Position numbers and translations under genes: made by a program
The notes under the pieces: model-generated
What the model was told of the DNA's origin: nothing
The model's input: the letters and a program-made list of their open reading frames with translations, nothing else
The model's database searches: none
In this document: piece after piece, positions 9,801 to 18,598 of the stretch
Position numbering within the stretch: the stretch's first letter is position 1
Layout of the letters: each line of letters starts with the position of its first letter
Assembly: GCA_963728915.1 (NCBI GenBank)
Contig: CAVSLV010000002.1
Coordinates: 288,001-352,000 of the forward strand
Reading direction: 5' to 3'
DNA length: 64,000 nucleotides
Origin: an uncultured Gemmatimonadales bacterium
Lineage (GTDB): Bacteria; Gemmatimonadota; Gemmatimonadetes; Gemmatimonadales; GWC2-71-9

Positions 9801-10370
9801 CTCGGCTTCGGCCTCTTTCCAGGGAATGAAGAGGGCCTTCGCGGCATCCCGTACCACCTGCGGCCCCGCGAGCGCCAGCAACGCACCGATCGCCACTCCC
9901 GCCGCCAGCATCACGCCGGCTCGTTGCACCCGGGAGCGCTCGAGTCCCCGGCCGGATTCGAGTTTCCGGATTTCCGCGAGGGCCCGTTCCACCACCGCGG
10001 CCGCCAGCCCGGGCGATTCCCGCTGCTCCTCGGGGACATCGATCTCATGCACGGCGCTGATCAGGGCCTGACGAAGCTCGGGTTCGCGCTCCTCGATGTA
10101 GAGGGCCAGTTGGCGATCGTCCGGCCGCCGGAACATCGGGATCACGACGTAGCGGATGATGGCCGCCGCAATCACCAGATACCCGACGACCCGGGCGACG
10201 ATCAGGGAATTGGAACCGGACCCCAGAACCGTGCTCACGACCATGGCGGCCGCTACCGCGAGGAACACAGCGCCGATGACCTTCACCGCACCTTCCAGCA
10301 GTACTCTGCCCAGCCTCCGGCGGCGCAGTCGCTCGACCGCTTGGCGAAGGGCCATGTCGATTCCACTCAT
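6801..10370 (-). CDS. Large membrane-anchored coiled-coil protein (DUF4175-like) with Ig-like segments and Gly/Gln-rich linkers
   Basis: 1189 aa. N-terminal TM helices, DHKPTV...ASDDYGV Ig-like motif, long heptad region, and C-terminal PPEYRALVEEYYRSL. Confidence 0.75.
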   Translation of the reverse strand: MSGIDMALRQAVERLRRRRLGRVLLEGAVKVIGAVFLAVAAAMVVSTVLGSGSNSLIVARVVGYLVIAAAIIRYVVIPMFRRPDDRQLALYIEEREPELRQALISAVHEIDVPEEQRESPGLAAAVVERALAEIRKLESGRGLERSRVQRAGVMLAAGVAIGALLALAGPQVVRDAAKALFIPWKEAEAEPVVAISVTPGNASVPRGGAVQVEASLRGFESDGAELVMRADTASEWLRVPMQRDSAAGTFSARVFDLVRATEYFVESEGVKSPAYKLSVTDLPAVQSLALTLHYPAYTGLAPETMDPGGDVAALTGTTVRVRTTVTRAAKGASVRLDDGTVIPLAADSAGRWSGSFRIAKDGFYRVDLVAPDGTPVPGSLQYVIEALEDHKPTVRIEQPGRDTKVTSVEEVTIALAASDDYGVTGLELLYSVNGGPEQRVTVADSGKTSSADLRAARTLFLEEMSLKAGDLISYHATARDGAGNTGSSDIYFLEVRPFGRDYRQAESGGGGGGGGGADSPEGLSARQREVIAGTFNWLRDSSATVEKQRKEDLTTLAISQGRLKQDVQGLVRRLVERNVASSDTSFAKIKDELDAAGKEMQTAEEQLGTGKARDALPGEERALQHVQRAEAVYRDVQVQLGGGGGGGGGGAQQSRAEDLADLFELENDKLQNQYEQVQRERSQTAQQEVDAIAERLRQLAARQQQENERMQRAADALRDRTGQQSGAAGGGGGGGGGGGQRDLARQAEEEARRLERLAREQNNPQLAETARQLKDAADAMRKAGSDATGSAAQGGNALDRLRRATKDLENSRSNGLADQVRDLERRARDLAERQRDIAEQVRGLGGASPAERNQRLQRLDERKDGLAAEVDRLQSDAERAAREGRREQPGAAGRAGQAAEQLQSGRIRDRIVYSKGVMRGNSPDYANQFEGQITQGLSDAADKLREAVGALGESADDKRDRALDQARNLVRGLESMRDRTGGPADRRTGGQERGGQADRRTGGQEQGGQPGGQPGQAPGGQPGGQPGQGQGGGQAGQPRGGNQGGLGPNPMGGGGNPAGGGGGPITGEAARQLSREYRLRREAAESLRREVARQEGIELGELDRAIRGLRQLETGEPFRDPARMQDLQQSIIEGLKTWEFRLWRALTQNGDKGPAVGSPSQAPPEYRALVEEYYRSLSREKKPNPNPKP
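7358..7432. repeat. Octamer tandem repeat of the GTCCGCC family
   Basis: Same unit at 15141-15179, 28990-29022, 50167-50183 and 63529-63560. Confidence 0.7.
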
Positions 10371-12400
10371 GGGGACTTCCTTTCCGGCGGGGCCGACAGC
10401 ACCGAGGCGGCGGTGCCTCTCCAGCCGCGATTGGCCACGAACCCTTCGAGCACCAGCAACACCAGGACAGCGGCGAGCAGCATCCGCCAGATTCCCTGAC
10501 GGGATTCCTGTTCGGTCGCGGCGAGCCGCTCACGCGGGACCGCGGTGGTGGAATCGCTCTGCCGAACCCCGATCAGCAGCTCGCGCGGGTCGGCGGGGGT
10601 CAGGTCCGACTCGGCGCTTGGGGGATTCACCGCGACCACGTCGAGCGGCTCACCGGCCGCGCGGTTCGCATAGGTCTGATAGAACCCGGCGTCCTCCAGC
10701 ACCACGGTGCAGGGCGCCGAGTCCGAAGCGGGCCGAACCAATTCGCCTCGTGGCGTCGCGATCACCGGCTCCCGGACTCCTCCAGGAACGATGCCGGTTT
10801 CTCCCGTGGTGCGCCAGAGGGGCGCCACCTGGTGCCCCGCGGCATACACCGCGAGCCGGCGCACGAAGGGGAGAAACGCCGGCTGGAGCGGGAAGTCGCC
10901 GGTAAGGTTGTCGAGCGGCGCAGCGACCAGAAGCACCCGGCCCTCTCCGATCGAGCGTTCCAGCAGGAGGGGCGCGCCATCATCGAAGCGTGCCAGGACC
11001 TGGCTGCTGTCGATCGGGGCGATCCTGGGATAGCGCAGGAACCGGGCGGCTCCCAGCACCGCGGTTCCGCTTTCCTTGAATGGCGAGAACACCGGGTGAT
11101 CCACCGAGACTTCACCGAACGAACCGCCGCCGTCCCCCAGGCGCTCCACTATGCCGGTCGCGGTGCCGGGAAGGAGACCGCTGGCGCCGTTGCCGAGTCG
11201 CGGACCCGCCGCCACGATCAGGCCGCCCCCGTCGCGAACCCAGGGCACGAGGAGCCCTTCGGGGGGGCGACTGTCGAACCAGAGCACCACGCTCGCTCCC
11301 CGGAGCGCCGCCGCATCGAGCCCCTGGCGCGGCTCGACCGTGAAGCGCGGCTCCCGCCCGATGCCTAACGCGCGTTCCGCGAACAGAATGTCCTCCGACC
11401 CGCCGACCATGAGGACCCGGAGCCCCGTCTCCGCGGGCACCACCAGACGCAGGGTGTCGTCCGCGGGGAGCGCATCCGGCTCGAGGCTCACCACCGCCCG
11501 GGCCCGTCCCGACGCGAGCGGCACCGGATCGAAGGAGACGGTGACCACCCCGTCGGCGGGCATCGAAGCTTCCTTGCTGCCGACCGAGCGGCCGTCCACC
11601 GCGAGCATAACCCGCGCGCGCCGGGCCGCCCCCAGGTCCCGGGCCCGGACCCGGGCGGTCACCAGGAGCTCGGAGCGGTCGCCCGAGGGAAGCCGCTGCA
11701 CCTCGGCGCCCAGGACCGACAGGTTGCCCCGGTCCCGCGCGGCGACCGAAACGGTGCGCACCGTGGTCCCAGCGGGCAGCTCGACTCCGGCCAGCCCGGC
11801 GAGGCCGCTCCGCTGGAGATCGGTGATCACCACGATTTCGCGGGGATCGCCCACGCCGACCAGCGCCTGCCGGGCCGCGCGCAGCCCCGCCGCGTAACGA
11901 GTGCCCCGGCTGGTCGGCCTGGTGGTGTTGATTGCAGCCAGCGCGGTCGCGTGGTCGGTGGTGAGGGCCTGGGCCAATTCGGTCTGCTCGTCGAACCGGA
12001 CCACCGCAACCCGGTCCTTGGCGCCGAGCGACCGCACCAGAGCCGCGGCCGAGTCGAGCGCGGCCGGCCACACGGCTCGATGGCCCATGCTGAGCGAGCG
12101 ATCGAGGAGCACCACCACCGCCCGCGCCCGTGCCGCCGCGACAGCCTCGGCATTCTGCCTGAAAAACGGGCGCGAGAAGGCCAGGACCAGCAGCGCCACG
12201 GCGGCAGCTCGGAGCAGGAGCAGCAGCCAGTCGGTGATCCGGCGGCGGCGCGCGGTGCGGATCGGGATCTTCCGGAGGAACATGAGCGACGGGAATCGGT
12301 GAGGCCGCTCCCATTCCCGGTGTCGAAGATGGATGAACACCGGGATCGCGAGGGCCGCGAGGCCCGCGAGAAAAAGCGGAACCAGGAATCCGAGGCCCAT
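10367..12400 (-). CDS. BatA N-terminal domain + VWA domain membrane protein
   Basis: LAALAIPVFIHL...FPSLMFL (BatA), MIDAS motif LLDRSLSM, and a C-terminal TM helix. Confidence 0.85.
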   Translation of the reverse strand: MGLGFLVPLFLAGLAALAIPVFIHLRHREWERPHRFPSLMFLRKIPIRTARRRRITDWLLLLLRAAAVALLVLAFSRPFFRQNAEAVAAARARAVVVLLDRSLSMGHRAVWPAALDSAAALVRSLGAKDRVAVVRFDEQTELAQALTTDHATALAAINTTRPTSRGTRYAAGLRAARQALVGVGDPREIVVITDLQRSGLAGLAGVELPAGTTVRTVSVAARDRGNLSVLGAEVQRLPSGDRSELLVTARVRARDLGAARRARVMLAVDGRSVGSKEASMPADGVVTVSFDPVPLASGRARAVVSLEPDALPADDTLRLVVPAETGLRVLMVGGSEDILFAERALGIGREPRFTVEPRQGLDAAALRGASVVLWFDSRPPEGLLVPWVRDGGGLIVAAGPRLGNGASGLLPGTATGIVERLGDGGGSFGEVSVDHPVFSPFKESGTAVLGAARFLRYPRIAPIDSSQVLARFDDGAPLLLERSIGEGRVLLVAAPLDNLTGDFPLQPAFLPFVRRLAVYAAGHQVAPLWRTTGETGIVPGGVREPVIATPRGELVRPASDSAPCTVVLEDAGFYQTYANRAAGEPLDVVAVNPPSAESDLTPADPRELLIGVRQSDSTTAVPRERLAATEQESRQGIWRMLLAAVLVLLVLEGFVANRGWRGTAASVLSAPPERKSP

Positions 12401-13302
12401 TACCTGACCCGGCTGGTGGCGAGACGGTTCTCGAGGTACGCGTGGAGGGCGACATCGAGCGGCTGGGTGGTCAGGAGCGGCACGTAGTCCACCCGGTCCT
12501 GGCCGAGGAGCCGGGCCAGCTCACGCCGGTGGGCTTCGACCTCGGCCTGATACTTCGGCCGCAGTACTTCGGGCCGGAGCGGCAGGCGCTCACCCGATTC
12601 GGCATCTTCGTAGGTGATCGGGGCGTCGCCGGGCAGGTCCCGCTCGGCGGGATCCTGAACGTGAAAAAGCACGACGTCGTGCCCCCGCCCGCGCAGGGCG
12701 CCGATGCTGTGCTGCACCAGCGCGGGGTCCTCGTAGCAATCCGAGATCACCACCACGATCCCGGCGCGGGTCATGAGTCGCGCGGCGCGCTCCAGGATCG
12801 GCGCGAACCGCCCCGCCCCCGCGGCTCGAGATCGTCCCAACGTGTGCAAGAGCAGCTGGAGATGCCGAGTCGATGGCGGCACCACGTCGATCAGGTCTTC
12901 GGAGAAGGTGACCAGACCGATCCGATCGCCCTGCCGCTGCGAGAGCCAGGCGAGGCAAGCCACCAGCACGCGGCTGTAGTGAAACTTGGTGATCGGGCCG
13001 CTGGCGAAATCCATCGACGCCGACGCATCCAGCGCGAAGATCACCGTGGCGTTGGTGTCGGCCTCGTATTCCTTGACGTAATGGCGATCGGTGCGGCCGT
13101 AGACCCGCCAGTCGATCCGGCGGATGTCGTCGCCCGGCTGATAGGCCCGGTGCTCGGCGAAATCGAGAGACAGGCCGACCCGGCGGGACCGGTGCAGCCC
13201 GTGCATGAAGCCGTCCACCACGGTGCGCGCCAGCAGCGGCAGGTCGCCGATCCGCGCGAGCAGCGCGGGGTCGAGCAGGGCGGCCGGCGCGGTCACGGTC
13301 AT
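12400..13302 (-). CDS. DUF58 (VWA-like) MoxR partner protein
   Basis: Motifs FAEHRAYQPGDDIRRIDW, KEYEADTN, LDASASM and VVISD. Confidence 0.92.
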   Translation of the reverse strand: MTVTAPAALLDPALLARIGDLPLLARTVVDGFMHGLHRSRRVGLSLDFAEHRAYQPGDDIRRIDWRVYGRTDRHYVKEYEADTNATVIFALDASASMDFASGPITKFHYSRVLVACLAWLSQRQGDRIGLVTFSEDLIDVVPPSTRHLQLLLHTLGRSRAAGAGRFAPILERAARLMTRAGIVVVISDCYEDPALVQHSIGALRGRGHDVVLFHVQDPAERDLPGDAPITYEDAESGERLPLRPEVLRPKYQAEVEAHRRELARLLGQDRVDYVPLLTTQPLDVALHAYLENRLATSRVR

Positions 13303-14336
13303 CCTAACCCGGAGCGGGGCGTGGGCACCGCGGCGAGCAGCCGTTCGACCAGCTGCTCGGAGGTGACCCGCTCGGACTGGGCCTGGAAGTTGAGCAGGAG
13401 CCGGTGCCGGAACACCGCGGGCGCGAGCGCCTGGATGTCGTCGAAGCTCACGTGGGCCCGGCCCTGGAGCAGGGCTCGCGCCTTGCCGCCCAGGATCAGC
13501 GCCTGGGGCGCCCGGACGCTGGTCCCGTAGGCGACGTACTGCCGGATGAAGTCCGGGGAACCGCTGTCCACCGGGCGGCTCATCCGGGAGAGCTGCACCG
13601 CGTACTCGATCACCGGGTCGGCGACCGGCACCCGTCGCACCAGCGCCTGATAGGCGAGGATCTCGTCGCGCGATACCACCGGGGTGATCGGCTCCGGCGC
13701 GGCCCGGGTGGTCGCCCGAACGATCGCCACCTCTTCATGGGCGGGGGAGTAGGTCATCACCACCTCGAAGAGGAACCGGTCGAGCTGCGCCTCCGGAAGG
13801 GGGTAGGTCCCTTCCAGCTCGATCGGGTTCTGGGTCGCGAACACGAAGAAGGGCGGCTCCAGCTCATAGGTCTTCCCCATCACGGTCACCCGGTGCTCCT
13901 GCATCGCCTCGAGGAGCGCGGCCTGGGTCTTGGGCGGTGTCCGGTTGATCTCGTCGGCCAGGACCACGTTCGCGAAGATCGGTCCCCGCATGAACACCAG
14001 ATGGCGTTTGCCGGTCGCGGGATCGTCCTGGATCACGTCGGTACCGGTGACATCCGAGGGCATCAGGTCGGGGGTGAACTGGATCCGGGAAAATTTGAGA
14101 TCGAGGGCGCGGGCCAGGGAGTGGATCAGCAGGGTCTTGGCGAGGCCGGGCACCCCGACGACGAGACAGTTGCCCCCGGCGAGCAGGGCCACCAGCGCCT
14201 GCTCGATGACGGCGTCCTGGCCCACGATGATCTTGCGCAGCTCGGCGAGGATCCGGCCCCGCGCGGCGGACAGCCGCTCGGCGAGGGCGAGATCGTCCCG
14301 GGATTCGAGCGCGGCTCCGGTCGGTGCGGCGGTCAC
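13299..14336 (-). CDS. moxR: MoxR family AAA+ ATPase
   Basis: Motifs GVPGLAKT, RIQFTPDLMPSD, LADEINR, ATQNPIE and LPEAQLDRF. GTG start inferred at 14336. Confidence 0.93.
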   Translation of the reverse strand: MTAAPTGAALESRDDLALAERLSAARGRILAELRKIIVGQDAVIEQALVALLAGGNCLVVGVPGLAKTLLIHSLARALDLKFSRIQFTPDLMPSDVTGTDVIQDDPATGKRHLVFMRGPIFANVVLADEINRTPPKTQAALLEAMQEHRVTVMGKTYELEPPFFVFATQNPIELEGTYPLPEAQLDRFLFEVVMTYSPAHEEVAIVRATTRAAPEPITPVVSRDEILAYQALVRRVPVADPVIEYAVQLSRMSRPVDSGSPDFIRQYVAYGTSVRAPQALILGGKARALLQGRAHVSFDDIQALAPAVFRHRLLLNFQAQSERVTSEQLVERLLAAVPTPRSGLG

Positions 14337-14350
14337 GAGCGTCCTTTCGG

Positions 14351-15181
14351 TCAGCGGGAGAGCGTGTAGAGCACGTAGTTGATGCCCAGCTTGTACGCGG
14401 TATTGGTGAGATCGACCGGAAAGAGCCCCTCGTCGGAGAACTCCCAGAACTCGCTCACGTCGTAATCGTAGTTCACGATCGCCATCATCCGCTTGCTCGG
14501 ATCGTTGTCCTCGAAAAAGCCGTAGAACTTCGCGGTGATTCCGGGGTAGTATGGATGGATGAAGTCCAGCGATTCGATCCGGTAGAACGAGTCGAAGATC
14601 GGGTGGTCCTTGGCGAGCGGGATCGGGCGCAGGGTCGGGAAGACCCGCCGCATCTGTTCCTCGAAGTTGTACCAGTGGTTCCCGACGAAGTCGTCGATGA
14701 CGAGGAAGCCCCCCTTGAGGAGATAGTCCCGCATCCCAAGGACCTCCTGGTCGTTCGGCATCCAGTACCCCGGCTCGCAGAGGTAGGCCCAGGGGTACCG
14801 GAACAGCGCGGGGTCGTCCAGCGTCACGATGGCGCTCGAGTCGGTTCGCACCCGCATCGTGGTCAGCTCCTGGAGGAGCTTGGGAAAGTGGAAGTCGGAC
14901 TTGGGATAGTCGTGGCCCCACTTCACGTCGCGGTACTGGCCGTTGTAGACGCAACAGGTCTGGGTGAACCGGATCCGGGCATAGGTGAACCGCCCGTCGT
15001 AGTGCGGGTTAGGCGGGGCGGAGAGCGCCTCTTCCCCGTTCACCCGCCAGTAGCCGCGCTGGGCCATGACCTCCCCGGTCCCGCCCGCCGCGAGCATCAG
15101 CAGCAGGACACTGAGCTTCCTGACCGGCCGGGGATTCCCGGTCCACCCGTCCGCCCGTCCGCCTGTCCGCCTGTCCGCCAT
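14351..15181 (-). CDS. DUF4159 domain secreted protein
   Basis: Motifs FTYARIRF, W.HDYP, YLCEPGYW, YLLKGGFLVIDDF and C-terminal GINYVLY; signal peptide present. Confidence 0.85.
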   Translation of the reverse strand: MADRRTGGRADGWTGNPRPVRKLSVLLLMLAAGGTGEVMAQRGYWRVNGEEALSAPPNPHYDGRFTYARIRFTQTCCVYNGQYRDVKWGHDYPKSDFHFPKLLQELTTMRVRTDSSAIVTLDDPALFRYPWAYLCEPGYWMPNDQEVLGMRDYLLKGGFLVIDDFVGNHWYNFEEQMRRVFPTLRPIPLAKDHPIFDSFYRIESLDFIHPYYPGITAKFYGFFEDNDPSKRMMAIVNYDYDVSEFWEFSDEGLFPVDLTNTAYKLGINYVLYTLSR

Positions 15182-15182
15182 A

Positions 15183-17675
15183 TCACCCCTCCGGCCGGCG
15201 ATTCGCCAGCTCGAGCAGCAAGGCCTGCGCCTTTTCGAAACCCGGCGCGTTCTCAAGCACCTGTAACACTTCGCGGCGGGCCCCGGCAGGATCCCCCGCG
15301 GCGAGCAGCGCGCGGGCCAGTTGATAGCGCGCTTCCGAGACGTCCGCCGGTCCCGCGGCGAGCACCGCCCGCCGCTCCCGGAGCGCGGTTCGATGGTCGC
15401 CCAGACGCTCCGCCACCGTGGCGAGCCGCTCATGCAGCGACGCCTCTCCCGGAGAAATCCAGATCATGCGCTCCAGCACTTTTTGCTCCCCCGGCCAGTC
15501 CTGGAGCTCCTCCCGGAGCTTCGCCTCCCGCTGATTGGCCTCCCAGCTCGACTCGTCCACCGCATTGTAGCGCTCCAGGAGATCAGCCGCGCCTTTGCGA
15601 TCCCCCTGCTCCGCCCGGATACCGGCCAGGAGCACGAGCGGGGCGTCTTCTCCGGTGTACTCGGGAAACATCGCCACCGCCCGTTCGAGCTTGGGCCGAG
15701 CCTCTTCCGGCTTGCCGGCCTGAAGAGAAGCCTCGGCGGCGCGAAGCAGGGTCACGAATTGACCCTCGGGCGCCGATCGCCCGTCCCAGGGGTCCACGCC
15801 CGCGAGGGCCGGGGCGAACCGTTCCCTGGTCCAGGTCACGAACCGACGGCCCAGCTCGTCTTCGGTGACGCCGAGGACTCTCTGGAAGACGCCCGGCGTA
15901 TCGAGCCCGTCGCGGTAGGCGCGGAGCATCCCCACCAGCGCCTTCCGGCCCCATTGCTCCTCGATCAGCTGACAGACCAGCGAAGCCTGGTAGTAGCTGA
16001 ACTGGATTTCGGCGGGATGGCGAGGCCGGACGAATCCCTCGTTGAGCCGGTTCATCGCGAGCAGCCTGTCGCCCTTGAACGCGGCCAGAAATGCCAGCGA
16101 CGGGCCTGCGCCCCAGCCGGTCCGGGCCCGGCGCTCCTCGAGCACCGACAGGCCTTCCGAAAACCAGCGCGGCACCTTGTGGGCCGAAAGACCCAGCGTG
16201 AAGGTGTGGGCCAGCTCGTGCCAGGCGGTCGAGCCCCAGTTGAAATCCCCCGCCGCGCGGGCCGAGGGCGCATCCATGGCGAGCACGGTGCCGAAGCTGA
16301 CCCCGAGCGCCCCTAACCCGGTGAGGCCCGCGGTCCGCACCGAAAAGTCCGGGTGACGACCGTAGAGCTCGATCCGCACCGGAGTGGGCGGTCGGTACTC
16401 GTAACGGGCCGCGAAGGTATCGTAGGCTTCTTCGAGCAAGGGCGCGAGATACAGCGCGAGCAGATCGGCCTGGGCGGCCGGGGCCACGATCTGGAACCTC
16501 CCGGTCGTGATGGTCCGGTACCTGGCCAGCGCGTCGAGCAGATCGAGGGTGTTCTTGTACCAGACGTGAAACGGGTCGTGCGCGAAGGCCCGCTCGAGGT
16601 GAACCCGGCCCGAATCCATGGCGCCGACCCGAAGCTCATTCATGCCCAGCACCCCCAGCGCCTCGGGAGACGCGGAGTCGCTGGCCACCGCCTCGCGACC
16701 GAGCCGAACCGCCCCGGCGTATTGCCGGTGCCGGGCGGTCCACTCCGCGATCGTCGCGTAAAAGGCGGCGGGCCGTGGATGGAAGCGGCGGGCCTCCGCC
16801 GCGGCGCCGGCGAATCGGGCCGAATCCCCGCCCAACAACGCCACCGCCCCGAGCAAGGCCCACCCGCCTAACGCGCTCGAGTCCACCGCGAGGGCCCGCC
16901 GCCCCGCCGCCGCCGCGGAATCGTGGGCTTCGGCGTCGAGGAACAGCTCACCCTGGAGCACCAGCGCGGGGACCAGCGCGGGATTGATCTTGAGACTCCG
17001 CTGGACCGTTTGAAACGCGCCGGGTTTTCCCTGAAACTGCTCCACCCGGGCCATGCCGAGGAGTGCGCGAGCGTTCTCCGGCGCCAGCTTCAGCACCTCC
17101 TGGTAACTCGCCTCGGCGTCCGGCGCGTTGTAGTGATCGAGGAACAGATCGCCGGTGCGAAGCCGGGGCTCGATCAGGCCACTGTCGACGGCAATCGCCG
17201 AGTCGAAGGCGCGGAGCGCGGCCCGGGCCGCCTCCGCGTCGCCGGGCGCGAGCACCACATAGGCCCGCCCCGCGGCGACCCGGTCCATCGGGGGCCAGCG
17301 ATCGCCGTCCCGCTCATACGAGGCAGCAAGCCCATCGGCCAGACGATGCGCGGTCGTCGCATCGCCGCGCCGGGCCGCGAGCTCGGCGAGCGCCGCCTGC
17401 GCGGTCCGCTGGTCCGGTCCGGCCCCGCGCGCCACGGCGGCAAACGCGGACTCGGCGGCGGCGAGCCGGCCCTGGAGCGCGAGAACTTCGCCCAGGGGGA
17501 GCAGCAGCGCGGGCCCGCCGTCGCGGGCCAGGCGTTCCGCCTCGGCAAGGCGGCCGGTTTCGGCGAGGGACCTCACCCGCGCCGCCGGCGACTGGGCCGC
17601 CTGCCCGGCCGGGGCCCGCGCTCCCGTCATGCCGAGGGCGAGCATCATCGCAGCGATCCGGACCGAGGCGCTCAC
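15183..17675 (-). CDS. Secreted TPR-repeat protein with central peptidase MA-like (gluzincin) domain
   Basis: Signal peptide and TPR-like helices flanking HELAH (HExxH) and PRWFSEGLS. Confidence 0.82.
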   Translation of the reverse strand: MSASVRIAAMMLALGMTGARAPAGQAAQSPAARVRSLAETGRLAEAERLARDGGPALLLPLGEVLALQGRLAAAESAFAAVARGAGPDQRTAQAALAELAARRGDATTAHRLADGLAASYERDGDRWPPMDRVAAGRAYVVLAPGDAEAARAALRAFDSAIAVDSGLIEPRLRTGDLFLDHYNAPDAEASYQEVLKLAPENARALLGMARVEQFQGKPGAFQTVQRSLKINPALVPALVLQGELFLDAEAHDSAAAAGRRALAVDSSALGGWALLGAVALLGGDSARFAGAAAEARRFHPRPAAFYATIAEWTARHRQYAGAVRLGREAVASDSASPEALGVLGMNELRVGAMDSGRVHLERAFAHDPFHVWYKNTLDLLDALARYRTITTGRFQIVAPAAQADLLALYLAPLLEEAYDTFAARYEYRPPTPVRIELYGRHPDFSVRTAGLTGLGALGVSFGTVLAMDAPSARAAGDFNWGSTAWHELAHTFTLGLSAHKVPRWFSEGLSVLEERRARTGWGAGPSLAFLAAFKGDRLLAMNRLNEGFVRPRHPAEIQFSYYQASLVCQLIEEQWGRKALVGMLRAYRDGLDTPGVFQRVLGVTEDELGRRFVTWTRERFAPALAGVDPWDGRSAPEGQFVTLLRAAEASLQAGKPEEARPKLERAVAMFPEYTGEDAPLVLLAGIRAEQGDRKGAADLLERYNAVDESSWEANQREAKLREELQDWPGEQKVLERMIWISPGEASLHERLATVAERLGDHRTALRERRAVLAAGPADVSEARYQLARALLAAGDPAGARREVLQVLENAPGFEKAQALLLELANRRPEG

Positions 17676-18598
17676 GGCTTCCCCTCCAGCGCCTTGATCG
17701 CGGCGGTCTTCTCGGCGACCAGCAGAAGCAGCCGCTCGAGCTCGTGCTCGTACGCCACCGAGTCCATCGCGGCCTTCCGGCGGCGCAGCGCATCCACCTG
17801 GGCTTCCAGGGTCCGCCGCTCCGCGATCAGCCCGGCTACCCGGGGATCGGCGGGCGGAGCCGCGGTCTCCAGCGCGACGGTGCGGGCGAGGGTGGAATCG
17901 CTGAGCTGGGCATGCTCGGTCTGGAGCAGCCCTTTGGATTCGTAGCGCTTGGCCACCTCGCGACGGGCGTATTGAAACGCCTCGAGCATCGAGACCCGGC
18001 CGTCCTTGTCGGTGTCGGCGTCCCCGGTCAGTCCTTTCACGAAGATCCCGGCGAACACCGACTCGTTGCGCTCGAAGGCGCTCTTGGTCGCGGTGATCAC
18101 CAGCCGGTCCGGCCCGCCCACCGCCGCCACGAAATCGCCGCTCCCAGTGGCCGCGTTCACCAGCACGGTGGTGCGTCCGGCGAGCGGCTTGATCCAGTCG
18201 GCGAAGTCCGCGGCGCTGGGATCCGGACCGGGGAGACTCAAACGCGACTCCGCCCCCTGCCCGCTCCCGTGTCCCAGGAGAAGCACCAGCACCAGGTCAC
18301 CGGGCCGGCTTGTGCGGGTTAATCGCCCGAAGGCCTCACCGAGCGCTTCACGGGAAGCCTTGCCCCGGATCCGGGCCGGATCCGCCGCGGGATCCTCGGC
18401 GAGGTAGACCAGACTGGAATCGGCGACCCCCCAGCGCGTTTTCGCCGCGTCGAAGACTTGCGAAGCGGCGGCGTGAAACGCCGAGGCGTATTGAGGCTCC
18501 CCCGAGAGCCCCGAGACGATGAGCACATGGGTCGCGGGACCCTGCTGGGCCGATGCACTCGCCAGGAGGAGCGTCAGGAAGCGAGCCGGCCCGATCAC
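17672..18598 (-). CDS. Secreted caspase/C13-like fold protein, probably non-catalytic
   Basis: Signal peptide, LVLVLLLGHGS, VLVNAATGSG (no Cys), VITATKS, and an EF-hand-like ADTDKDGRVS. Confidence 0.6.
   Translation of the reverse strand: MIGPARFLTLLLASASAQQGPATHVLIVSGLSGEPQYASAFHAAASQVFDAAKTRWGVADSSLVYLAEDPAADPARIRGKASREALGEAFGRLTRTSRPGDLVLVLLLGHGSGQGAESRLSLPGPDPSAADFADWIKPLAGRTTVLVNAATGSGDFVAAVGGPDRLVITATKSAFERNESVFAGIFVKGLTGDADTDKDGRVSMLEAFQYARREVAKRYESKGLLQTEHAQLSDSTLARTVALETAAPPADPRVAGLIAERRTLEAQVDALRRRKAAMDSVAYEHELERLLLLVAEKTAAIKALEGKP

Noticed and set aside
14337..14954. N-terminal extension of MoxR in the 551 aa ORF
   Set aside because: It overlaps DUF4159 in another frame, and MoxR similarity begins only after the GTG at 14336.
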